DNA from: Candidatus Babeliales bacterium
GTDB lineage: Bacteria; Babelota; Babeliae; Babelales; Vermiphilaceae
DNA length: 64,000 bases
Reading direction: 5' to 3'
Assembly (NCBI GenBank): GCA_963743635.1
Contig: CAVUQO010000003.1
Span: 512,001 to 576,000, forward strand
Positions 40,165 to 53,442 of this stretch are shown piece by piece (within the stretch, counting starts at the first letter, position 1; every line of letters begins with the position of its first letter). The position numbers were made by a program, and so were the translations under genes. The notes beneath the pieces were generated by a model, which was not told where the DNA came from, did no database searches, and worked only from the letters and a program-made list of their open reading frames with translations.

Positions 40165-41274
40165 CTATTGCTCAACTTGCAGGCGGTATCCACTATGAAT
40201 TCCTTCTTGTGCCCGCAAATGAATTGGCATCACAAACGTTACTTCTTCACGCTTGAAGCTTGCAGGTAATGGTGGGAATAGGCCTGCTTTATGCGCATTG
40301 GTGATCAGCATTGATTCCATTTTGCTAATATCCATTGTCTTGTGTGGATGACGCAGGAGAGCATTGAGCAGTTTGCCTTGCTTGTTGATCGTCATAACGA
40401 GTACTGCCTTGGTATCAACGTTGGAAGCAAGTGCTAATACATTATTTTCAGCATTCATCGCTTGTTTCAGATTGTTCCATAACTTGGTCATGTATCGTTG
40501 GTGCGCTAATTGCGTTGGATCATTTGATGGTGCATTGCCGAGTTCCGCGCACATACTTTCCATAAATCCTTGTGCTATTTTTGAAAGCATTTTTACATCA
40601 GCGGGATGCATGGGAGGGCGCTGCGCTATTTTGCGTACAATTTTTTTAGCGGCCTTTTTTACAACAACTGGCTTTGGTGCTTGTTGAGGAGATTCAGAGC
40701 CTGAAATGGTATCAGAAATTGGTTGCTGTTTTTCAGAGCTTCCCTTCGCTGGTTCGTCTGCAGGGCGTTGGTCAGCCTGAGGTTGTTCGGCAGGAGGTGT
40801 TGGCGTGTCATCGGAGCTGTCTGCCGCATCTTCAGCAGGAGATTCATCTTCAGGAGTTTCCTCTTCTTGATCTGAGGATGCAGTGTCGGGGGTTGGTAAT
40901 TGTGGCGTAACTAAGCCAGCAGGTTGTGGTAATTCTCCCGGATCATCAGTGAGCGTATCATTGGGCTGCACGCCTTGCGAAAGCAACTCAACGAGTATTT
41001 CATGATCGGGATCGTATGTATCGTCATCTTGCTGCTGCGCTTGCTGTTGTTGCGGAGTTAATTGATTGTTTTGCAGCTGGTTATTGGCATCAAAATATTC
41101 TACGGTTTGTGCATCGTTGATTTGTGCATCATGAGATGGACTTTGAAAGATAAAAATAAGCAGCAGTATAAGAATATGCAACAGTAAAGAAAGCAGGAGT
41201 ATAAATGATCCGGTTATACGTGAAGTATCGCTATCCATACTGCTCCTTGTTTTCAAGATACGCTTTTTTATCAC
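40165..41274 (-). CDS. TonB/TolA-like energy transducer
   Basis: TM anchor SLLLHILI (S-x3-H), Pro/acidic linker, TonB_C-like end (INKQGKL...GLFPPLP). Confidence 0.65.
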   Translation of the reverse strand: MIKKRILKTRSSMDSDTSRITGSFILLLSLLLHILILLLIFIFQSPSHDAQINDAQTVEYFDANNQLQNNQLTPQQQQAQQQDDDTYDPDHEILVELLSQGVQPNDTLTDDPGELPQPAGLVTPQLPTPDTASSDQEEETPEDESPAEDAADSSDDTPTPPAEQPQADQRPADEPAKGSSEKQQPISDTISGSESPQQAPKPVVVKKAAKKIVRKIAQRPPMHPADVKMLSKIAQGFMESMCAELGNAPSNDPTQLAHQRYMTKLWNNLKQAMNAENNVLALASNVDTKAVLVMTINKQGKLLNALLRHPHKTMDISKMESMLITNAHKAGLFPPLPASFKREEVTFVMPIHLRAQEGIHSGYRLQVEQ

Positions 41275-41365
41275 CCAAGATTACTGTATTGAGGCATAAA
41301 ATGATAGTACTAAAAACGCCCGGCAGGGTTATGCCGGGCGTCCAAAATATACTTTTTTATGAATT

Positions 41366-41845
41366 TTATTCAGTTTCGGAGGGACTAACTTTTAATCTTT
41401 TAGGGCTTAGCGATGCATCATGTTCTATCGATCTAAAATTATTTTTTTTCGGATTGATACCATTAGCGTCGTCAGTATCTTTAATGATCGCAGTGATATG
41501 ATTATGATATGCCTGGGCTAAGACAATATTATCGTGCCGTTGATAGGGTACGTCTAATCGCTCTTGTGTAACAGTTACGTTGTTCGTGTTTTCCTTTGTA
41601 TGCCCTGGTAGCAGTGTAGCTCTAAGCGCATCAGACATAGGACGCACTATGCGTCGTGAGCCGGAGGTGGTATTCGGGTTGGTTGGGAGCAATGCAGTGC
41701 GCTGTGCAGGATTCAAGAGTGGCTGTGATAATTGTTGTGTGGTTGCGGGCATATTTGCCTGCTGATTTGTCTGAGAATCCATAGTATGTGATGAGACTGT
41801 GTAAGCAAAAGAGAATATGATTGCTAATAATAAGCGGGGCTTCAT
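41366..41845 (-). CDS. Hypothetical exported, largely disordered protein
   Basis: Signal MKPRLLLAIIFSFAYTVSSHT|MDS; terminator hairpin at 41316-41341. Confidence 0.65.
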   Translation of the reverse strand: MKPRLLLAIIFSFAYTVSSHTMDSQTNQQANMPATTQQLSQPLLNPAQRTALLPTNPNTTSGSRRIVRPMSDALRATLLPGHTKENTNNVTVTQERLDVPYQRHDNIVLAQAYHNHITAIIKDTDDANGINPKKNNFRSIEHDASLSPKRLKVSPSETE

Positions 41846-41951
41846 CAATAATCCATTCTTGTTATGGGGTGCATAATATATTTTACTATTTACTTTAAGT
41901 TTAACGCAGTTTTTGTATAAGTTCAAATGGAAAACTTGCAGGTTAAGCGCT

Positions 41952-42359
41952 TCATTTTTGGGGGACGAAGGCTTGAGATAGGAATTCTTGTCGAAGTGGG
42001 GCATATTGCGCTACTTCAGCGTAGATATCATTACGTGTGGGGTTGGTAGGTGTGCGCGGTTGATTGTAAAATATTTTAATCGCCTTGGGCCCTGCTATTG
42101 AGCATCCAAGTCCTTCCTGAGGGGCAGGAGGTGCTTGCGTGAAGGTGCGTTGAATGATCGTCGTATACCTTTTTTCCATGACATGCGCATTATTTTTGAG
42201 TGTGCATTCGAAGATACTTCGATGAGATATATTGTAACGAGGGGTAACGGAAGCTGCGCAAAAGACAGTTTTGAATGGAGACAAAAAAAATCCGCCACAG
42301 CACGAGAGTGCAAGCAGCAGGAATAATCGCATATTCATTCTAAAGGCTCCGATTTTCAC
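41952..42359 (-). CDS. Hypothetical protein coupled to tilS
   Basis: Overlaps the tilS stop; hydrophobic N-terminus. Confidence 0.5.
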   Translation of the reverse strand: MKIGAFRMNMRLFLLLALSCCGGFFLSPFKTVFCAASVTPRYNISHRSIFECTLKNNAHVMEKRYTTIIQRTFTQAPPAPQEGLGCSIAGPKAIKIFYNQPRTPTNPTRNDIYAEVAQYAPLRQEFLSQAFVPQK

Positions 42360-43342
42360 GTTTTTATTTTCTCTATCCAGGTTATATTTTGTTTCTTACC
42401 GATTGACCATGCATGATGCACCGCATGCATACCACCCCGAGGATTTTGGAGAAATTTCATAATTTCTTGCAAAAACTGTTCGCGAGGAGGGAAAGGAACC
42501 TTTTCATGACAAAGCCAGGAAACGATAAGCCGTTCTTGTATGATGGGGGGTAATGTTATAAGTGACTTTAAGTTTAAACCCTTTTTATCAAACTTGTAAA
42601 GATAAAGACTTTCAAGAAGTTGATTAGCCTCTTGTTCAAGATATTTTTCCAGTGCTTGTAGTCGTGAAATCGTGGCATCGAAAGATTCTTCAAAACGAGC
42701 ATCGCATGCCTTGAGGGCAGGTAATACTTGTTGTCGAATGCGATTACGAAGAAAATCGCTTGAATTATTGGTCGGATCTTCCAGATAGGTTATTGCATTG
42801 GCGTTCAGGTAGGCCATGATATCTTCCTTTGAGATCGAAAGCAGGGGGCGAATAAAGCTCCCATGGCGTGGGCGCATGCCAACCAGGCCTGAGAGAGAGG
42901 TGCCTCGAATCAGGCGAATAAAGAAGGTCTCCTGTTGATCCTGCAAATGATGACCAAGGGCGACGGCCTGAGCCTGATACAGGTTCAGGGTAGACTCAAA
43001 GAAATGGCGTCGAGCCTGGCGCCCAATCTCCTCCAAAGAGCCATTAAATTTCAGCGACAACCCAAGATCTGAAAATTTCAGGGTAACGAATTGTACCCCC
43101 AGGGCATCAGCTGCTTCCTGGCAAAATTTGACGTCTTTGGCTGAATCAACTCGCCAGCCGTGGTCCAGGTGCGCAGCTATCAGAGTCAGGTTCATCTCAG
43201 TGCGAATTGAGGCGAGAAAGTGGAGTAAAAAGAGCGAATCTGGCCCGCCTGAGAGCCCAATAATGATGGTGTCCCCTGGCTTTATCAGCTGGTCTTTTTC
43301 GATTGCGGCTATAATTTTTGAAAATAGGGCGTCTTTATTCAT
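42356..43342 (-). CDS. tilS: tRNA(Ile)-lysidine synthase
   Basis: SGGPDS PP-loop, HLDHGWR, GHHLQDQQET, IRPLL, DPTN, RNRIR. Confidence 0.95.
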   Translation of the reverse strand: MNKDALFSKIIAAIEKDQLIKPGDTIIIGLSGGPDSLFLLHFLASIRTEMNLTLIAAHLDHGWRVDSAKDVKFCQEAADALGVQFVTLKFSDLGLSLKFNGSLEEIGRQARRHFFESTLNLYQAQAVALGHHLQDQQETFFIRLIRGTSLSGLVGMRPRHGSFIRPLLSISKEDIMAYLNANAITYLEDPTNNSSDFLRNRIRQQVLPALKACDARFEESFDATISRLQALEKYLEQEANQLLESLYLYKFDKKGLNLKSLITLPPIIQERLIVSWLCHEKVPFPPREQFLQEIMKFLQNPRGGMHAVHHAWSIGKKQNITWIEKIKT

Positions 43343-43484
43343 AGTTATAAGTGTAACGGTCTATTGGTATAAAGTAAAACGTCATATTTAGGATATAAAG
43401 TTACGTTAAGTGGCTCCTAGAGCTACCGTTAGATTTGGCCGGATAATAGCGTATACTGGTAATTATGAAGGGGAGGATTCTATT

Positions 43485-44300
43485 ATGCGTAACGCATTTC
43501 TTTATATAGTATTATTCGTTCAGGCATGTACCACGTATGCCGGGGTAATTGAGCATCAAGTATACCGTGAATTGCCGACTTTGGGTAAAGAGCTCTATCT
43601 CTATGGTGAGGAGCATACGAACCCTTTTGATGATGAGGCGATGGCTCAACGTGAGGAACTTGCTGAATCCATCAACACGCTTCTTGATGCTCATCAAGAG
43701 CCGGTAAGTTGTTACCTTGAGTGTGATACCAAGCTAAAAAAAGATTTACAAAAAACATCATATTTCGAATTGCGGGATATCTGTAATCGCGGGGCCTATT
43801 TTGAACAATGGTATGTTCCATTGGCGCGTGGCTATAGCAATGAAGTAAAAACTGGCCGTTTGTGCCTTTCGAGTTTTGATATCCGTGATGAGCAGTACGC
43901 GAAGTTCGAACATACTTTACGATCACTTGCAGCCGGTGAAATGACGGCCGATGAGGTTGACTACGATCAACTGCATACATGGGCAGAAGGCGTAGATGAT
44001 ACGGTACAGGATCTTTTTGATCAGGTTCAGGAACATTATCCTAAAAAAATGATTTCATATATTAATCGCGATATGCAGCGCAAAAGAAAACGTTTCATGC
44101 GTCTGATTGATACGAAAAAACAAACTTTTAAAAAAGCACGATATAATAATCGCGCCCTTGAAGATTTCTATGGCTATACCGATTTGCTCGCCGATTTCAC
44201 CATTCTGAATAAAGTGGCCAACGATCCGCGTGATGCAATTATCATCCACGCCGGGGCTGCTCATACTGAGAATATCTCTCACTATCTCAATCAATTATAG
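43485..44300 (+). CDS. Exported protein with an EreA/ChaN/TraB-like motif order
   Basis: GGAGG RBS, signal peptide, LYGEEH...YLE...DIR...HAGAAH. Confidence 0.6.
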   Translation: MRNAFLYIVLFVQACTTYAGVIEHQVYRELPTLGKELYLYGEEHTNPFDDEAMAQREELAESINTLLDAHQEPVSCYLECDTKLKKDLQKTSYFELRDICNRGAYFEQWYVPLARGYSNEVKTGRLCLSSFDIRDEQYAKFEHTLRSLAAGEMTADEVDYDQLHTWAEGVDDTVQDLFDQVQEHYPKKMISYINRDMQRKRKRFMRLIDTKKQTFKKARYNNRALEDFYGYTDLLADFTILNKVANDPRDAIIIHAGAAHTENISHYLNQL

Positions 44301-44329
44301 AATCCGAATAAGAATAATTCCTTCATTTG

Positions 44330-45097
44330 TTAGTTATGGGGGAAGATCTGTGCCATATGATGGGCGATAACGTGACACGTAAGTGCGAGTTGGTAATTGT
44401 AAATCGGTTGAGGGACGATCATTCGCCTCTGAGATTCGGGTGGCAGTTGCATAATGGCTGGTTCTCCATGAATGGGAGTGCTAACGATCGTTGCTTGAGC
44501 AGTATTACGTATGAATTTTTTTTTGTGCTCCTTTTTGAGGGGTACTTCAATGAGGGTGTGAACTCTGGCTGGATTGTGATCATGGTTTTTGAATAGTATG
44601 TGCGCAATATGGGCAGTGTGCTGAAGGCTTTTATGATATGAGCCGTGATGCTCGTGATTGAGTATGTATTGGCGTTTTCCATCCGCTTTCTGTTCTTCAT
44701 AGAGTGCAATTGAATATTCATCCAGAGGAATTTCCGTGGGTGCATTTATCGATGGTTTAGATGTTGTCGCGCCGGATCGTTTGAATCTATTGTTACGTTT
44801 AGTGACGGTTGTCCATCCTTTTTGTGCGATTTCTTTAAGAAGGCTTTCAGGGAGAGGGGGCTTGGCGATATCGGATGAAGAATCATCGATATTAACAAAA
44901 ACATAATCATCATCAGGTGAAATGCTGGTAGATGTCTTTAGTGCTACATTGATAATTTGAAAGGGTTCTTCGGGTTTTCTGATACTGGAAGGCAGTTGAC
45001 CTTCCCAAGCTTTATGCGAATCGCTTTGTCCTTGGCCTGCGTTGATCGGTGCGTTGCAGAGCGATCCTACGAGCAAAATAATAAGACTATATATCAT
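44330..45097 (-). CDS. Hypothetical exported protein
   Basis: Signal ...PINA|G; AAGGA RBS. Confidence 0.7.
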   Translation of the reverse strand: MIYSLIILLVGSLCNAPINAGQGQSDSHKAWEGQLPSSIRKPEEPFQIINVALKTSTSISPDDDYVFVNIDDSSSDIAKPPLPESLLKEIAQKGWTTVTKRNNRFKRSGATTSKPSINAPTEIPLDEYSIALYEEQKADGKRQYILNHEHHGSYHKSLQHTAHIAHILFKNHDHNPARVHTLIEVPLKKEHKKKFIRNTAQATIVSTPIHGEPAIMQLPPESQRRMIVPQPIYNYQLALTCHVIAHHMAQIFPHN

Positions 45098-45255
45098 GAT
45101 AATATTCCTTTTTGATGGTGAATTGATATTACATGCGATTCATTATATGCGATTTCGTATGAGTTGCCATTAACTTTGCTATATTTTAAATAATAAAAAG
45201 CCGCCATTACTGTGGGTAGAAATGGCGGCTTTTATATTTATCAACGCGAAAGATA

Positions 45256-45756
45256 TTATTTTTGATTATTTTTGTAGAGTTGGTGCGTTGAATGCTTTAC
45301 AGCTCCACGCTCTTTGCTTGAATAAAACTCTCTGGCAAAAGAATCATCAGATGATTTGGCAAGCTCACCATATTCTTCGCACAGATTAGCTGATTTACCA
45401 TCATCATAATCTATTGGAGACATACGCGGACTGCCAATCTTAGTAGTTTTAAGATCGTTAGTACTCTCGTCATCTGAAGAAGATGATTGTGTGTCGCCAT
45501 ATGCATCATATGTTTCATGTGTCTTTTTTGCTACGGCAGCTGCTAGATTGGGTGCAGATGATGAATGCATAACGGGAGCAGGCGTTGCGTTAGAGCTGGA
45601 GCCAATGGATGCCACTTTTGTTGCAAGCGTGCGCTTCTTCTGTGATGGTTGTATGGCAATAGGCGCAGAAGCTGGTTGCTGAGTTGGTTTTTCATCCATC
45701 GCATATACAAGAGTAGTATTGAGAGCGATCACCAAAGTGTATTGAATCATTTTCAT
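45256..45756 (-). CDS. Hypothetical exported Ser-rich disordered protein
   Basis: Signal ...LVYA|MDEK; terminator hairpin at about 45195-45233. Confidence 0.72.
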   Translation of the reverse strand: MKMIQYTLVIALNTTLVYAMDEKPTQQPASAPIAIQPSQKKRTLATKVASIGSSSNATPAPVMHSSSAPNLAAAVAKKTHETYDAYGDTQSSSSDDESTNDLKTTKIGSPRMSPIDYDDGKSANLCEEYGELAKSSDDSFAREFYSSKERGAVKHSTHQLYKNNQK

Positions 45757-45787
45757 GTAATATTCTTTCTTTTAAAGTTTTTTCTTA

Positions 45788-46147
45788 CTAATTTTTTTCC
45801 ATGGTCTGCATTAAGGTAGCGAATACCGTGTTTCTTGCTAACTCGCTCGAAAATGGATTTGATCCAAAATATTCTTTGACGTATGAAGGGCCATGCTGAA
45901 TTGGCTCGCTCGGGAGGTCTTTGATCGTTACATTTGGTTGAGGTGCAGGCGTTTTAGACATTGCGAGCGCAGCAGCTACCGTCATTTGCAAATCATCTGA
46001 ATCTGCAAAATGATTGGAATCGTGTGAGCGTATTTCTTTATTGGTTTTCTTAATAATAGTTTTTTTTCTATCGAATGAGTGTGTTCCCGCTTGTATTGCG
46101 CCAGAAATAAGTAACGTTGATAAAAGTAGATATTGGGATAATTTCAT
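45788..46147 (-). CDS. Hypothetical exported protein
   Basis: Signal ...AIQA|G; contains DDLQMTVAAALAMS. Confidence 0.68.
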   Translation of the reverse strand: MKLSQYLLLSTLLISGAIQAGTHSFDRKKTIIKKTNKEIRSHDSNHFADSDDLQMTVAAALAMSKTPAPQPNVTIKDLPSEPIQHGPSYVKEYFGSNPFSSELARNTVFATLMQTMEKN

Positions 46148-46470
46148 AAAGTTCTTTTTTGATAATAATTGATACAAAATTGATAGTGTTTAAAATCGCT
46201 GCTTTGTGTTGAGTGCATTAATCCTTTTCATTCCTTCTATGCCATATTGTCAATTTATTCAAGAGGTTACCTATTATAATAAATGAATTTGTATATGGCT
46301 ATATATTTCATAAAGAAATATTAAACAAGACGCGTGGATTTAAAGATTAATAATATTACAGAGTGTTTTAAAAAATGCATCAAAATATCAAGAGGTGAAA
46401 AAGGCATCATATGGTTTCCCACATGATGCCCTTTTCTTTGCGATTATAACTAATCTAAAATGCAGTAACG

Positions 46471-48906
<2,436 letters not shown>

Positions 48907-49217
48907 ACCTAATCTCCTGACCGACAATGGTGGTTTTTCTTTAAAAATATTTGAAATTCTACGATTTTTTATGTTATTAAGTTTACCCTATAACAGCATT
49001 TTTGCTACTTTTTTGCTGGGTTATTATGTATACTAGTATCGATGTACAATAAAAAAATCTAGTGTTTTGTATTACTTCATAAAAAAGCAAGGGCTTAGCC
49101 AAAACTACGTGAAAGTGTGGATGAACTAGATTCTTATTTGCAAAATGGTCGAATTATGAAGGGCATATGTATGTTTACTCTAATTACTCATATGAACACA
49201 ATTAAAATGAGTATAAT

Positions 49218-49692
<475 letters not shown>

Positions 49693-49696
<4 letters not shown>

Positions 49697-50054
49697 AGCA
49701 AGCGGGCAACCCAGATGCTTTTGCTCATGTTAAACGTGAGTTAGAGGAGCGAAAGTCGCTAGCTCGAGGATGAGATGCGCCAATCGAATGAGGAAAAGGT
49801 TACTGATGATCAGGTTCAGGATCCAGGCGATCAGACTGCTTCAGTCTACCATGGAGACCCTAAAGAGTTCCATGCAAGATAGCCGGATTGCTGAGTATAA
49901 TCGCGTCGTGAAGGCGATCGAGATGCTCAATGAGGGGACATATGGAGTATGTGTTGATTGTGAAGGGCCAATCTCTGAAAAGCGGCTTAAATCATTTCCC
50001 AATTCAACCCGCTGTATTTCCTGCCAAGAGGCGTATGAGGAACAACGCGATTAG
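49693..50054 (+). CDS. DksA/TraR C4 zinc-finger protein with apparent frameshifts
   Basis: GTYGVCVDC...ISEKRL..P...RCISCQ; DPGD-like coiled-coil tip in another frame; ATGA overlap with tadA. Confidence 0.85.
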
Positions 50055-50103
50055 TCCACATTTTTCCGTGGTTATTGCTTAAAAACCGTGGTATAATAGC
50101 GAT

Positions 50104-50210
50104 AGTTGCGAAAAAGCCGCTATGGCCTGCCAGGTAGTGATGAATCCTAACAGTAGGTCGTCGGCCCCAATCAGATCCTTGGGTTGAGAAACGAGTCAAT
50201 GCGGTGACAT
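50104..50210 (+). ncRNA. Candidate structured RNA, family unassigned
   Basis: GC-rich intergenic island right after TGGTATAAT; G-U-rich stems (ATGGCCTGC/GTAGGTCGT, CCCAA/TTGGG). Confidence 0.35.
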
Positions 50211-50211
50211 T

Positions 50212-50239
50212 TTGACTTTTTCCCTCAATTGAGTATCAT
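50212..50239 (+). promoter_or_regulatory. Putative sigma70 promoter of rpsI
   Basis: TTGACT-16 nt-TATCAT. Confidence 0.55.
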
Positions 50240-50294
50240 ATAAAATAAGCTCATATTCATTATGTTATAGTGTTCCAAAAGGTTTTTTGTACAT

Positions 50295-50720
50295 ATGGAA
50301 AAGAAAACTGCACATACCCCAAAAAAAATGCTCCATTAGGTCATGGCGTTGGTCGTAGAAAATCAGCTGTCGCTCGTGTCTGGTTGAGACGGGGAAAAGG
50401 TAAAATCGTTGTCAATGATAAAGCAATCTGAAAGATATTTTCAAACGGAAATGACTCGAGCAGATGTTATCAAGACCTTTCGCGGTAGCTCCTATGAGTG
50501 CTTCAGTACGATGTGTTCGCACGTGTAAATGGCGGTGGCCTATGCGCCCAAGCTGATGCGGTAAAACTTGGTATTGCACGCGCATTCCTTGATGTCGACG
50601 CTACGCTTACGTCCAGTTCTGCGTCAGAATGATCTTTTAACCGTAGATTCTCGCAATAAAGAGCGTAAAAAATACGGTCAAAAAGCTGCTCGTCGTAAGT
50701 TCCAATTCGTAAAACGTTAA
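50295..50720 (+). CDS. rpsI: 30S ribosomal protein S9 with apparent frameshifts
   Basis: [51 protein letters not shown]. Confidence 0.95.
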
Positions 50721-50803
50721 AATCTGGTCTCTTTTTATATTCATGCTATGATGCAGTACATATAAAAAGAGGCATTTGATTTTATACTAGAAAAGGATTT
50801 GGA

Positions 50804-52650
50804 ATGTGCGGTATCGTTGGCTATATAGGCAAAAATTACAGTCGAGACTTTGTGCTTGAAGGGTTAGCCCGGCTTAGAATATCGAGGGTATGATTCTGCA
50901 GGTTTTGCCTGTATCGATCCTCAAGATAGTCGACTTTTCTATCATAAAGCGGCAGGTCGTTTAACGAATCTCGTCGAAAAATGTGAACAAATCACACATC
51001 GATGGTCATTTGGGTATCGGCCATACACGTTGGTCTACCCATGGCATCCCATCAGAAAAAAATGCTCATCCGCAATTTGATTGCAATAAAACAATCTCGA
51101 TTATCCATAATGGCATTATCGAAAATCATCATGTGCTCAGAAAACAGCTTGAAGATACTGGTCATATATTCCATTCTCAAACAGATACTGAAATAGTTGC
51201 CCATCTTTTAGAATCATATCTTGCAACCCATAAAACATTTAAAGCCGCCGTGGTTGATTTAGTAAGTCAGCTTGAAGGCGCATATGCGTTTGTAGCGCTA
51301 TTGGAAGATCATCCTGATGTGATGGTTCTCATTCGTAAGCGTTCTCCACTGTGCGTTGGCATTGGTGATGATGAAATGTTTGTGGCATCGGATTTGTTGG
51401 CGTTTGCCGATAAAACAAAAAAAGTGCTTTTCATGCCGGATGAAAGTATTGCCTTTGTTAAGAAAAATAGAATTGAGCTGTATGATTTTCCGGGTAATGT
51501 TATTCCGATACATATTCAAGAAATTACAACGCAATGGTCTGCCTTTGAAAAAAGCGGCCATGAGCATTACATGCTTAAAGAAATTTATCAACAAAAAACC
51601 GCTATTCACGATACGATCACGTTTCTTCATTCGATCCGTAATCGCACATGGGATCACCTTGGTCTTACCGTTGAGCAGGTGCATAATCTGGATCGCTTGC
51701 ATCTTATTGGGTGTGGTACTTCGTGGCATGCAGGGCTCATCGCAGAATTTTTCTTTGAGCAAATTTGCATGATCCCGACCGAAGTGCATCTTGCATCAGA
51801 ATTTCGCTATTGCCATTTTTTCCCCGATAAGAAAGGTGCTTACATCATGATTTCTCAATCGGGTGAAACGGCGGATACGCTTGAAGCATTGCGATATGAT
51901 CAGCATTACAAAATTACCCACCATTGCATTAACCAACGTTGCATCGAGCACTATGGTGCGTGAAGCAGATGGCTTTTTACTGACGCAAGCGGGACAAGAG
52001 GTTGCCGTAGCTTCTACAAAAGCATTTTCTACTCAAGTGGCAGCATTATATTGGTTAGCTCATCGCATTGCGCTTGAGAAAAAGTTGATCACTGAAGCTC
52101 AAATGGATCAGGCTGAAGAAGATTTATTGGTGGTGGCTGAAGTGCTTGAAAATAGCATTGAAAACTATAAAATTGATATCGTGCAAACGATTGCACCACG
52201 TTATGCGAAATACAAAAAAGTTATTTTTTTGGGACGCAATATTAGTTATCCGTTTGCAATGGAAGCCGCATTAAAACTTAAAGAAATTTCTTATATTTTT
52301 GCACAATGTTATCCTGCTGGTGAATTAAAGCATGGAGCGCTCGCATTGGTTGATGCCGAAACGCCCGTCTTTATCTTCTCTCATCAAGATCCACTGATTT
52401 ATCAAAAATTGGTTTCTAATGCACAGGAAGTAAAAGCGCGTGGGGCTCATATCGTCGTCTTTGCTTTTGATGGCCAAGATGAATTATTTCGCTTGCAGAT
52501 CAAGTCTTTATCATGCCTCGCGTGCGTCCATTACTCGGCCCACTGGCGATGACCGGCCTCATGCAATTCTTGGTCTATCATATGGCTAAAGTCCTTGGCT
52601 GCCCGATTGATAAACCGCGCAACTTGGCAAAATCAGTAACAGTTGAATAA
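50804..52650 (+). CDS. glmS: Glutamine--fructose-6-phosphate aminotransferase with apparent frameshifts
   Basis: MCGIVG, EYRGYDSAG, GIGHTRWSTHG, HNGIIEN, SQSGETADT, VASTKAF, GELKHG, DKPRNLAKSVTVE*. Confidence 0.96.
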
Positions 52651-52660
52651 CGAACTATAG

Positions 52661-52713
52661 AATAAATAAGAACCCCCAGAGAACCATACGGCTTTCTGGG
52701 GGTCTTATTTATT
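52661..52713 (+). terminator. Terminator after glmS
   Basis: AATAAATAAGAACCCCCAGA...TCTGGGGGTCTTATTTATT. Confidence 0.7.
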
Positions 52714-52775
52714 TCTGATATTTTGTGTTATCCTGATAATAATATTGCATGAATCATACATAAGGGAATCATAGT

Positions 52776-53291
52776 ATGACTATTATATCTAAAGTGACTC
52801 GTAAGAATCCAATGGCATTATTGCTTGGCATAATCGCATTAACCGGCATTACAGCACGGGCAATGGATGACCAAAGGGCAGCCCAGATAATCAAAAATAT
52901 GGAATGCCCAAGCGTAGAGGATGTATTGGAAGTATATTCGAAAGTAGAATCGGAAGAAGTGCAAATATTTGATGTTTATGAATGTTTTCTAAAAGATCCA
53001 CAGGTTAAGGGTATGGATCGTGAAGAAGTGAGTAAAGCTCTGCAGGATTTTGGGAGGCAAGCTCAGGGAGTTAACCCACCGTATTCTTATGACTCAGTTG
53101 AAGAGCTTGGTAATACATTTAAGGTTCTTGAGCATGGGGGAAGGCTAAATGTAACGACACTCAGAGGTGCCCTAGAGTTAGATCAATACAAAGATCAAGA
53201 GTTATCAATAAAAAATGCTATCGCAAGTTACGAAAAGTTCAGTACAATACTTGGCGAAATTGTTAAAATTCTGAAATACACTGGAAACTAA
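52776..53291 (+). CDS. Hypothetical exported acidic helical protein
   Basis: Signal ...ITARA|MDDQ. Confidence 0.72.
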   Translation: MTIISKVTRKNPMALLLGIIALTGITARAMDDQRAAQIIKNMECPSVEDVLEVYSKVESEEVQIFDVYECFLKDPQVKGMDREEVSKALQDFGRQAQGVNPPYSYDSVEELGNTFKVLEHGGRLNVTTLRGALELDQYKDQELSIKNAIASYEKFSTILGEIVKILKYTGN

Positions 53292-53308
53292 AAATAACTG
53301 AATAACTA

Positions 53309-53350
53309 AAAAAAGGCAGAGCCCCAAAATTTCGGGGCTCTGCCTTTTTT
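53309..53350. terminator. Bidirectional terminator
   Basis: AAAAAAGGCAGAGCCCC-loop-GGGGCTCTGCCTTTTTT. Confidence 0.85.
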
Positions 53351-53359
53351 ATAGCAAAG

Positions 53360-53434
53360 CTACTTAATCTCAGTAAACTGTATCTTCTCATTGCTTAAAT
53401 AATGTTTCTTCATAAATTCAAGCGATTCTTTACG
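53360..53434 (-). repeat. Orphan duplicate of the last 24 codons plus stop of the S41 protease gene (direct repeat of 55045-55119)
   Basis: 63/75 nt identical; encodes RKESLEFMKKHYLSNEKIQFTEIK* versus RKESLEFMKKHYLSNEKIEFTEIK*. Confidence 0.92.
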
Positions 53435-53442
53435 GAAGGGGA

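Noticed and set aside
48907..49217. Possible oriC in the AT-rich gap upstream of gyrB
   Set aside because: Only one imperfect DnaA-box-like 9-mer (TGTGGATGA, 49116-49124), and no dnaA/dnaN nearby.
50128..50195. Hammerhead ribozyme or SRP RNA
   Set aside because: GTGATGA...GAAAC lacks the CTGATGA core with proper stems, and the SRP GGAA/AGCAG loop is absent.
50721..50803. glmS ribozyme
   Set aside because: The interval is only 83 nt, AT-rich and occupied by a simple hairpin.
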